Positions 56,221 through 64,000 of a DNA stretch of 64,000 bases are shown in pieces (positions within the stretch are counted from its first letter, which is position 1; each line of letters opens with the position of its first letter). Both the position numbers and the translations under genes were made by a program. This DNA is from Fimbriimonadia bacterium (GTDB lineage: Bacteria; Armatimonadota; Fimbriimonadia; Fimbriimonadales; JABRVX01). The stretch is taken from positions 1 to 64,000 of the forward strand of contig JBGPGO010000013.1 in NCBI GenBank assembly GCA_041483895.1. Reading direction: 5' to 3'. The notes below the pieces were generated by a model, which saw nothing but the letters and a program-made list of their open reading frames with translations, had not been told where the DNA came from and made no database searches.

Positions 56221-58335
56221 CTACAATTCCCTCCCATACAGCTCCGCCCACTCGGACTGCGAGATGAGAATCTCGCGAGGGCGGGGACCGTCCAGCGGCC
56301 CGACCACCCCGCGCATCTCCATGATATCGATCAGCCGCGCCGCGCGCTGATACCCAATCTTGAACTTCCGCTGCAACAGCGACGTAGATGCCTGGCCGTT
56401 GGAGACCACCAACCGCACCGCATCCAAATAGAGAGCATCCTCCCCATCGTCCGATCCCGCCTTGCGCCCGCCGCCGCCCTCAATCGCCGCCGGCGTAATC
56501 GTGTACTCCGGCGCCTCCTGCTGCTTCCAATGCTCCACAATCGCCGCGATATCCGCCTCGCTGATGTAGCATCCCTGAATGCGCGTGGGCTTGGGCGCAT
56601 CGATGGGCAGGTACAGCATATCGCCCCGCCCAATCAAACGATCCGCGCCCGTCTGGTCCAAAATCGTGCGGCTGTCGATCGCCGACGTAACCGCAAACCC
56701 AATGCGGCTGGAGATATTCGCCTTGATCGTCCCGGTGATGACATCCACCGACGGCCGCTGCGTCGCAAGCAACAAATGTATCCCAGTCGCGCGGGCCAGT
56801 TGCGCCAGCCGGCAGATGCAGTACTCCACCTCCGCCCCCTGCTGCATCATCAGGTCCGCCAATTCGTCCACCACCACAACGATAAACGGCATGCGCTGGT
56901 TATAGGAAACCTTTGCGTTATAGCTCTCTATGTTCTTGGCCTGCGCCTCGGACAGAATATCGTAGCGCTTGTCCATCTCCGCCAAAATAGACTTGAAAAT
57001 CCCCGCCGCCTTTTTCACCTCTTTAACAACGGGGCACATCAGGTGCGGTACGCCATCGAACAGCGTTAATTCCACGCGCTTCGGGTCGATGAGAACCAGC
57101 CGCACGTCTTTCGGCGTGTTGCGCATCAGCAGCGAAGATATCATGGCCGACAGCCCGACGCTCTTACCGGAATTGGTGGCGCCCCCCATGAGCAAATGGG
57201 GCATCTTCGCCAGATTGGCATAGCGCGCGTGGCCGGAGACATCTCTTCCCAACGCTAGAATGAGCCGGTCGGGAAGGTCCATGATCTCCTTGTGCGCCAA
57301 GATCTCCTTCAGCCCCACGGTGGCGGGATTGTCGTTGGGGACCTCCACGCCGATGGCCGACTTGCCGGGGATCGGCGCCTCCACGCGCAGACCGATGGCG
57401 GCGAGGGACATGGCCAGATTGTCCGCCAAACTCACAATTTTGGAAACTTTGATGCCTGGGCCAAGCTGGATTTCGTATCGCGTGACGGTGGGCCCCTGCG
57501 CGACCTCCACCACGTCCGCCTCGATGCCGAACTCCTCCATGGTGCGCTCCAGCACCTCGATCTTCTTGCCCACTTCTGCGACGGTGCTCTTGTTCGCCAC
57601 GGGAGGATCGTGGAGGATTCTTAGCGGCGGAAGGACGTATCCCTCTCGCTGTTGGCCCTCCAGGTTGGCGGGCGTGGGTTTCGGCGCTTTTTGCACCACC
57701 GGCTTCGGCTTTTCGGCGACCGGCTCCTCTTCGACAACAGGCTTGGTCGGCAGCTTCACGACCGCCTTCCCCGTCTGCTTCAAAACCTTCCTCTTCCGTG
57801 ACCGGTCCCGCCACCACGTTGTGAGGGCAGTAAATTTCCCCTCTAAAACATGGAAGATCGGATAGTTCGTGGCAGTCACGATTCCTAAAGCCCCGATGGC
57901 CCCAATCGCCACCGGGCCCGCCACGCCGAAGCAGAAGTGCATCGCCATCGCCAGCGCCGCGCCGATGTAACCGCCGCCGGCCATCACCATCTCCGGATCG
58001 AACCAATCGCCCCGATATTTGGCGGCCAATCCAAGAACGGAAACCACAGTTAAAATGAGACCCCAAAAAAGAGAAGAAAGACGAAGTCTTCGGCCAAACG
58101 CCACCGCCCCGGCGAAAATGAACAGCAGCGGCGGCACCAGCCACGCCCCCACGCCGAACATCATCCGGAAGAAATCCGCCGCCGCCTGCCCCACCACCCC
58201 GCGGTCCGCCAGCAGCAGCCCGGCCAGCACAATGACCCCGGACGCGAACAAAACGATGGCCGCGCCGTCGTTGCGCTTTTGCTTGCGCTTGGCCGCGTCC
58301 TTGCGTGCGGGCGCCGATCGGGTTCTTGTGCTCAC
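56221..58335 (-). CDS. ftsK: DNA translocase FtsK/SpoIIIE
   Basis: N-terminal TMs; PHLLMGGATNSGKS, VVDELADLM, ATQRPSVDVITG; gamma domain STSLLQRKFKIGYQRAARLID. Confidence 0.96.
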   Translation of the reverse strand: MSTRTRSAPARKDAAKRKQKRNDGAAIVLFASGVIVLAGLLLADRGVVGQAAADFFRMMFGVGAWLVPPLLFIFAGAVAFGRRLRLSSLFWGLILTVVSVLGLAAKYRGDWFDPEMVMAGGGYIGAALAMAMHFCFGVAGPVAIGAIGALGIVTATNYPIFHVLEGKFTALTTWWRDRSRKRKVLKQTGKAVVKLPTKPVVEEEPVAEKPKPVVQKAPKPTPANLEGQQREGYVLPPLRILHDPPVANKSTVAEVGKKIEVLERTMEEFGIEADVVEVAQGPTVTRYEIQLGPGIKVSKIVSLADNLAMSLAAIGLRVEAPIPGKSAIGVEVPNDNPATVGLKEILAHKEIMDLPDRLILALGRDVSGHARYANLAKMPHLLMGGATNSGKSVGLSAMISSLLMRNTPKDVRLVLIDPKRVELTLFDGVPHLMCPVVKEVKKAAGIFKSILAEMDKRYDILSEAQAKNIESYNAKVSYNQRMPFIVVVVDELADLMMQQGAEVEYCICRLAQLARATGIHLLLATQRPSVDVITGTIKANISSRIGFAVTSAIDSRTILDQTGADRLIGRGDMLYLPIDAPKPTRIQGCYISEADIAAIVEHWKQQEAPEYTITPAAIEGGGGRKAGSDDGEDALYLDAVRLVVSNGQASTSLLQRKFKIGYQRAARLIDIMEMRGVVGPLDGPRPREILISQSEWAELYGREL

Positions 58336-58373
58336 CGGCCCGGATTATAGCAGACGTATGTCACAATGAAGGC

Positions 58374-58607
58374 ATGCCCAACGTCCGCATCTATGTCCGT
58401 TTGAAGCCCGCCTTGCTCGATACGGAGGGGCGGGCGGTCGAATCGGCGTTGCATAAATTGGGGTGGCCTTCGGCGGCTCATGTGCGGATCGGGAAGCTGA
58501 TCGAGATGGAACTGCCGGGCGGGGACGAGGCTGTTGTTCGAGAAATGTGCGCGAAACTGCTGGCGAATCCGGTGATCGAGGAGTACACCATCGAGGTGGG
58601 CGCGTGA
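58374..58607 (+). CDS. purS: Phosphoribosylformylglycinamidine synthase subunit PurS
   Basis: LKPALLDTEG, VRIGK, LLANPVIE. Confidence 0.93.
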   Translation: MPNVRIYVRLKPALLDTEGRAVESALHKLGWPSAAHVRIGKLIEMELPGGDEAVVREMCAKLLANPVIEEYTIEVGA

Positions 58608-59293
58608 AAGTTGCTGTCGTGCAATTTCCAGGGTCCAACTGCGATCAGGACGCTCTGTTTGGTGTTCGTCTGCTGGGGCATCAGTCGGAATATGTGTGGC
58701 ACGCTTCCCGCATCCCGTCGGGATTCGACGCCGTCATCGTGCCGGGCGGGTTCACGTTTGGGGACTATCTGCGCTGCGGGGCGATTGCGCGGTTTTCTCC
58801 GGCGATGGAGTCGGTGCGGGACATGGCGGCGGCCGGCGCGCCGGTGCTGGGGATCTGCAACGGGTTCCAGATTTTGTGCGAATCGGGCCTCCTTCCCGGC
58901 GCCCTTGTCCGCAACGCCTGCGGGCGTTTCGTCTGCCGCGACATCTATCTGCGCGTCGATTCCACCGAATCCATTCTCACCTCCAATTGCCACCTCGGCC
59001 AGGTTCTGCGCATGCCGGTGGCGCACGGCGAGGGCTGCTATGTCATCGATCCTGCCCATCCCCCGCGCGTGGTGCTGCGCTATTGCGATGCGTCAGGCGA
59101 CTGCACCTCCGACTCCAACCCCAACGGCTCCGAGGACCACATCGCGGGGGTAGCGAACGATCGCGGCAACGTCGTCGGCATGATGCCCCATCCGGAGAGG
59201 GCTGTATCGGAGATGCTGGGGTCGTCGGACGGGAGCGCATTATTGGATTGTCTCCTGCAAATGACCGCCTTCAAGGTCGCCATCACCCTGTAG
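58604..59293 (+). CDS. purQ: Phosphoribosylformylglycinamidine synthase subunit PurQ
   Basis: FPGSNC, PGGFTFGDYLR, GICNGFQ, AHGEG, MMPHPER. Confidence 0.96.
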   Translation: MKVAVVQFPGSNCDQDALFGVRLLGHQSEYVWHASRIPSGFDAVIVPGGFTFGDYLRCGAIARFSPAMESVRDMAAAGAPVLGICNGFQILCESGLLPGALVRNACGRFVCRDIYLRVDSTESILTSNCHLGQVLRMPVAHGEGCYVIDPAHPPRVVLRYCDASGDCTSDSNPNGSEDHIAGVANDRGNVVGMMPHPERAVSEMLGSSDGSALLDCLLQMTAFKVAITL

Positions 59294-59434
59294 ACACTGT
59301 TTTCCGTGTGAGCACTAGGCAGCTTGTCCACAATACTTTCCCATTCTAGGCTCTACGAAATCTTCGCCTTTGGACAGTTTAGACGCCGCACAATTCGCGT
59401 CGAACTATGATATCATAAGGTATCGTGGGTTGAT

Positions 59435-61186
59435 ATGGAGATTTCAAGAACGCGTACAGCATGGGCTATCTCAGCAATTGCCATGAGCTTCGTCGTAATG
59501 TCTTCAGGGGGCTTTGGACAAGACCTCCTTTGGACCGCTCAATTGGGCACGATCTCATTGGCTGGAGAAATCGGTTGCCAATCAGACCACGACGGAAACA
59601 TTTACGTCGCTTGCGCAGCACCTTACTCGCCAGTTCTCACGAAGTATGACAAGAACGGCAATATGGTTTGGCAATACAAAGGGACCGGAGGCGGCATAAA
59701 TCATTCTCGCTTGGCAATCAGCAGCGACGGCAGCATCTTTCTTGTCTCCAATGACAGCGATAATGTCTTAACGTCTCGCTTTGACAGTTCCGGAAATCTG
59801 ATTTGGATGAAGACCTATGATTACGCAGGCTACGACGATTTAGCTGTTGCCGCGCAGACTGATAGCCTCGGCAACGTCTTTGTGGCGGGAGAAGGCTATA
59901 CTTACGGCGGCTATCAATTGGACTCGTTTGTTCTCAAATATGATAAGAACGGCAAGCTCCTATGGTCTCGGGTGCGGGCAGCGCCTCAGAGTGATATAAC
60001 GAGTGCGATCGCAGTCGATGACCAGAATAATCTCATCGTCATTGGATCGGTCGCCAATCCGATAACACCGCATAAGCTCGTACTCATCAAGTACGACCCG
60101 AAAGGAAACGTACTTTGGGAACAGGAATACAGTCCGGAACCAGACTGCTTGAGCGCCGGTTATTGCCTCGCAATCGATCATAAAGGAGGAGTGGTTGTTG
60201 GCGGGACATATCGAAAGCCGGACCTCATCGGAAGTACGGATTACGGGCATCTGTTGATATCGAAGTACGATCTTGCGACCGGAAACCTCGAATGGGTCAA
60301 CACTTCGCTGGCGACTCCCGATGGAGTTGATCTCTGCGTATCGGTAAAATTCGATCCCACAGGCACAATCCATGCCAGTGTTTTTTCTGGTCTTCGCCCT
60401 TATGAAACTCCAAGTTGGGTCACGATCATGCGCCTTGATGAACTTGGAAACGTGCTCAATCAGGTCGCTCAATCAGATTGCGAACGCCCAACGATCGCCG
60501 CCGAAAATGATGGGTCAACGTGCGTCGCTGTACAATCTCGCCGGTACCCATCCGATCTGATCACCTTTAGAGTCTCTCCAATCGGAAATATCGTCTGGAG
60601 CAAAGCGTTTCGTGTTGGGGAAACTTATTCGCAAACACCGGTAAGTACTATCACTGATCCATCAGGTAATTGTTACGCAATATGCGGCAGTTATGACTCG
60701 AATAACTTTTCGGACAAACGAGTTGCGTTGCTTGAGTATTCGAATCGCGAGGCCACCGGTTCTTTACTCGGATCCCTTGTGGCGAACGACCTCGCAGATA
60801 CTACGGGTTTTGAGGCAGTGATTGAATTGCGAGAGCCAGGGAATCTATTACCATTTGCCAAGTATCCAGTTGTTCTTGGATCATCTGGCACTTTCGCGAT
60901 CGATGAGGTTATTCCCGGAACCTATGACGCTTCCGTTAAGCCCTCCCACTGGCTTAGGCAGACGCTTCCCAATATCGATGTTGGACCAAGCGGCGCAAAT
61001 GTCGCTTTCTCGCTGCGAAATGGAGACGCAACCCGAGATAATTTTGCGGACCTAAAGGACATCAGCAGAATCTTTCTCGATTGGGAAACCACGGAGCCGA
61101 TGTCCGATCTGAACAGTGACGGAGTCGTAGATTTGCCTGACCTGAGCATCGCATTCCTGAACTTCGGCCAAAAAGGCGATCAATAG
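59435..61186 (+). CDS. SBBP-like beta-propeller secreted protein with C-terminal Ig + dockerin-like module
   Basis: Repeats D..GN.YV / KYD.NG...W; tail KPSHWLR...NGD...DLNSDGVVDLPDL..AFLNF..GDQ. Confidence 0.82.
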   Translation: MEISRTRTAWAISAIAMSFVVMSSGGFGQDLLWTAQLGTISLAGEIGCQSDHDGNIYVACAAPYSPVLTKYDKNGNMVWQYKGTGGGINHSRLAISSDGSIFLVSNDSDNVLTSRFDSSGNLIWMKTYDYAGYDDLAVAAQTDSLGNVFVAGEGYTYGGYQLDSFVLKYDKNGKLLWSRVRAAPQSDITSAIAVDDQNNLIVIGSVANPITPHKLVLIKYDPKGNVLWEQEYSPEPDCLSAGYCLAIDHKGGVVVGGTYRKPDLIGSTDYGHLLISKYDLATGNLEWVNTSLATPDGVDLCVSVKFDPTGTIHASVFSGLRPYETPSWVTIMRLDELGNVLNQVAQSDCERPTIAAENDGSTCVAVQSRRYPSDLITFRVSPIGNIVWSKAFRVGETYSQTPVSTITDPSGNCYAICGSYDSNNFSDKRVALLEYSNREATGSLLGSLVANDLADTTGFEAVIELREPGNLLPFAKYPVVLGSSGTFAIDEVIPGTYDASVKPSHWLRQTLPNIDVGPSGANVAFSLRNGDATRDNFADLKDISRIFLDWETTEPMSDLNSDGVVDLPDLSIAFLNFGQKGDQ

Positions 61187-61257
61187 CGTCACTGGTTGAC
61201 GGTCTCTGGAGGCAGCTAGGTGCTTCAGCAAACTACGGCGAAGGCTGTGGCCGGCGG

Positions 61258-62502
61258 CTATCTTGCCTGCACCACGTAACTCCGGCGGCCGGTGAGGGAG
61301 ATGGATTGGACGCCGAAGAGGAAGTTGTCTTTTGATATCCCTTTCAGCGTGATTTCGTTGGCGGCGCCGGCGTCGCGGGAGAACTGCCACAGCGGGTTGG
61401 TGGTCTCCCGCCAGCGGACGATGTATTTTGTGGCGGGGTCGGCGTGCCAGGTGATGTGTGTGTCGTAGCCCTGCCGTGCATTTATGCGCACGCTGGTCGG
61501 CGGCAGCGGGGCGAGGGCCAATTCGCTGAGGACCGCGAGGTTGAGGCGAGTGACGTTGGAGAGGTAATCGAAATCCATCTTGTCTATCGTATCGCCAAAT
61601 TTGCCGCGCACGTCCTGGTGCTGGGCGTCGAAGTTCTCATACACCTCGCAGAATCGTATGGCCGGATAGCCCGCACTATTAAACGAAGAATGATCCCCGC
61701 CTCGCCCATATCGATCCTTGCGATACACAAGCATCGGTTTGAATTTGAATCCATGATCCCCGGCGACCTCCGCCACAAATCGCGCGAGCTGGCGGCTGGG
61801 ACTCTCCTCCGGATCGGATGCCGCCTCCGGCTTGCCATAGACCGAAACTCCTTCCGAAAAAACGCGCACCCGATCCCCGGCCTTCTGCCCATCCCCGCCG
61901 CGCGAATTGCCAACGATATCGTTGCTCAAAACGGCGATGATCTCCATCCCGTCTTTGCGCGCGGTGTCGGCAAAATATCGGCTGCCGAGTAGGCCCTGTT
62001 CCTCGCCCGTGACGGCCAGGAATTTCACTGTGTGATATGGCTTGAGTTTCGCCATCAGTCGCGCGCATTCCAGCACCAAAGCAATCCCCGACCCATCATC
62101 GTTCGCGCCCGGCTCGTCGCTCGTGGAATCCATGCCGTTGGATGCGCGAGAATCGTAGTGGGCGCAGACAAGGACGACGCTCTTCGTGACGCCCTTCAGC
62201 GTCACCACGATGTTGCTGACCTCTTTCGGTTCCGGAACGCGGGCGCTTTTCGGCAGCATGAATCGCTGCTCCTCGACCTGCAGGCCGGGGATGGTTTCAA
62301 ACTCGCTCTTGATCCATTTCGCCGCCGCACCAACGCCGCGTTTCGGGTCGGCCTGATCGCTCAGCGTATGGCGGGTCCCGAAGGAGACCAGCTTCTCGAC
62401 CGTGGCGCGCAGACGAATTTTGGAGACCTGCCCGAGCATGCTTGGGATCGGATCGTCGGCGCGGGCGCAGGACAGTGCGAATAGGACGATCAGGGCTCTC
62501 AT
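61258..62502 (-). CDS. Secreted M28-family metallopeptidase
   Basis: AHYDS, GANDDGSG, GEEQGLLGS, GDH.SF. Confidence 0.9.
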   Translation of the reverse strand: MRALIVLFALSCARADDPIPSMLGQVSKIRLRATVEKLVSFGTRHTLSDQADPKRGVGAAAKWIKSEFETIPGLQVEEQRFMLPKSARVPEPKEVSNIVVTLKGVTKSVVLVCAHYDSRASNGMDSTSDEPGANDDGSGIALVLECARLMAKLKPYHTVKFLAVTGEEQGLLGSRYFADTARKDGMEIIAVLSNDIVGNSRGGDGQKAGDRVRVFSEGVSVYGKPEAASDPEESPSRQLARFVAEVAGDHGFKFKPMLVYRKDRYGRGGDHSSFNSAGYPAIRFCEVYENFDAQHQDVRGKFGDTIDKMDFDYLSNVTRLNLAVLSELALAPLPPTSVRINARQGYDTHITWHADPATKYIVRWRETTNPLWQFSRDAGAANEITLKGISKDNFLFGVQSISLTGRRSYVVQAR

Positions 62503-62585
62503 GCCGTACGGATTCGACCCCCACCGTAACCCTCCCCCTTTTTCCAGGCTTACGCCTTAAAAATGGGTAGGTAATCTCGGAACCA

Positions 62586-62716
62586 AGATGCGACCGGTCT
62601 CCTGACCGAGTCGCAACTCCAGATGCGTCCAGATGCGGCCGGTCTCCTGACCGAGCCGCAAGTCCCGATGAGGCCGGTTAGTCAGATGCGACTCGGTCAG
62701 GAGACCGGTCGCATCT
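62586..62716. repeat. Cluster of three 30-bp REP-like units (AGATGCGACCGGTCTCCTGACCGAGTCGCA)
   Basis: Direct copies at 62586-62615 and 62631-62660; exact inverted copy of the first at 62687-62716. Confidence 0.85.
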
Positions 62717-62744
62717 GAGGGGGGCCTGGAGGGATCGGAACAAT

Positions 62745-62785
62745 GAAAACTCCCCCGTCCAGAGGGCTTGGACGAGGGAGTTTTC
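62745..62785. terminator. Probable bidirectional intrinsic terminator
   Basis: gaaaactccc.cgtcca ... tggacg.gggagttttc hairpin with A and T tails. Confidence 0.6.
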
Positions 62786-62828
62786 TAGTTACCCAGCTTC
62801 AGAAAACTAGGCGCTGCGGTTGTCCGAG

Positions 62829-62852
62829 CGCAAGCTAAAGCTTGCGGCTACC
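62829..62852 (-). repeat. GTAG-type REP copy (same family as 29912 and 34801)
   Basis: Reverse complement ggtagccgcaagctttagcttgcg, one mismatch; just after the PEP-CTERM stop. Confidence 0.8.
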
Positions 62853-62859
62853 GGTGTTC

Positions 62860-63522
62860 TTAGCTGCGGCGTCGATTGCGGAAGCCGATGAGCGAGACCA
62901 GACCGGTGGCGATGGCGGCAATGCTGCCCGGCTCTGGGACGGCGCGGGTCAGATTGAACTTGGAAGAAGCGGCGATGGTACCGTCCTCCATGTCCGACCC
63001 CGGCTTGGCATACACATTACCCTCAAGCCAGAAACCCTTGCCGTCGCGAAGGTCATAGACCCTGGCGCCGTTCTTTAGGTTGATTGTAGCGCTGATCTGC
63101 ATCAGCGAGATTTCAATCATGTAGTTGGAAAGGATTGGGTTCATCCAAGCCATAGTGGCCCCGTCGATAACCAACGCCGTCTCGCCGAGATCGTCGCCGT
63201 AGACGCGCTTCAAGCGGTCGCCGACGTCACCAAGAACGGCGTTGCCGTTGTAATCGATCTCATAGAGATCCATCGCGCCAACATCCGGCAAGATCGGCAA
63301 GAAGTTCGCGCCGGGATCCGGTCCGAACAGGTCCGTGGCGGAAACGCCAAGAACGGTATGATTGCCAGTGCTGAAGCTGATGAACGAGCCAGAATCGAGC
63401 TCAATCTGGCCGTTCAGGTTGTAGTTGAGGGTCCAGTCGGAACCTGCATACGTGTTTGCGTTCGCAACGCCGCAGATGGCAGCTGCTGCCGAGACCGCGA
63501 CGATCCAATTCAGTCGGTTCAT
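62860..63522 (-). CDS. PEP-CTERM sorting-domain protein
   Basis: Signal peptide; AVPEPGSIAAIATGLVSLIGFRNRRRS. Confidence 0.88.
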   Translation of the reverse strand: MNRLNWIVAVSAAAAICGVANANTYAGSDWTLNYNLNGQIELDSGSFISFSTGNHTVLGVSATDLFGPDPGANFLPILPDVGAMDLYEIDYNGNAVLGDVGDRLKRVYGDDLGETALVIDGATMAWMNPILSNYMIEISLMQISATINLKNGARVYDLRDGKGFWLEGNVYAKPGSDMEDGTIAASSKFNLTRAVPEPGSIAAIATGLVSLIGFRNRRRS

Positions 63523-63735
63523 GTGTTTGCACTCCTATACGGCAAAGGCTACGTGTTGTTAGGAATGCTGCGATTGGCGTGCCAAATTGGCATGGTTGCG
63601 GGCCAAACAGGCAATGTGGCGGGGCTTAATCGAAACGGCCCCGCATCGCTGCGAAGCCGTCTCGGGTGTAGGCAGGCACTTTTGGTAGTGTCACAGTTCA
63701 ATACCCATCTGAGCGTGATTCGGTTCCCGGAAAAA

Positions 63736-64000
63736 TCATTTTTTCTGCCGACTCGACGCATTAGCCGGTGTTTCCTTTGGTTCGATTAGGACTATAGACC
63801 TGATTGTGTTGCCGCGGCAGAATGCGGACACCACCGCGAGCCCCTGTTTGACGGCTGTGAAGCCGCCAAATTGGTCCATTCTGCCCGGCCCCGGCGTCGT
63901 CCCCCACAGGATCTGCTCATTCGGCACCGGCTTGCCCGACTTCGGATCGACGAGGGACCAGGCGATCGTATCACCGGTCTTCACTTTGGTCACTTTCGGC
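63736..64000 (-). CDS. C-terminal part of a hypothetical protein (Ig-like beta segment), runs off the window
   Basis: Frame open to the window edge; W.TTPG.G.MD..G.FTA...G...V.A resembles bacterial Ig-like domains. Confidence 0.5.
   Translation of the reverse strand, partial: PKVTKVKTGDTIAWSLVDPKSGKPVPNEQILWGTTPGPGRMDQFGGFTAVKQGLAVVSAFCRGNTIRSIVLIEPKETPANASSRQKK

Noticed and set aside
59324..59332. DnaA-box-like TTGTCCACA (possible oriC)
   Set aside because: Single box with no cluster, unwinding element or dnaA.
62586..62716. Possible mini-CRISPR
   Set aside because: Only two direct copies 15 bp apart plus an inverted copy; REP-like geometry.

Overview
GC-rich chromosomal window, probably from Armatimonadota (Fimbriimonadia-like). 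This is inferred from the PEP-CTERM proteins, an H-X9-DG-type tail, STN-like secreted proteins, a recurrent Ig+dockerin-like C-terminal module and apparently leaderless genes. Housekeeping genes: valS, aroC, purA, aspartokinase, murB, ftsK, purS/purQ and a family-B DNA polymerase. A flagellar basal-body/export operon reads flgBC-fliEFGHIJ-slt-capA-flhA-flhF. Also present: an ApbE / FGE-fold / two Gfo-Idh-MocA / DUF1080 cluster, a VapC toxin-antitoxin-like pair, the right end of an IS110 element, and at least six families of short palindromic (REP/REPIN-like) repeats. The standout is a Sec-signal RHS polymorphic toxin (4211-9184, minus strand) carrying TWO tandem pre-toxin HINT domains. They bracket a 29-residue Trp/Lys-rich amphipathic peptide (KWLAGFWTGIKNKWASLGNWIRKLLGLGN), followed by a His-rich nuclease-like tip and a coupled immunity gene. 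This suggests a self-processing polyprotein that may release, splice or cyclise an antimicrobial-like peptide alongside a nuclease. No rRNA, tRNA or CRISPR array was found. All family assignments come from motif recognition by eye; no searches were run.
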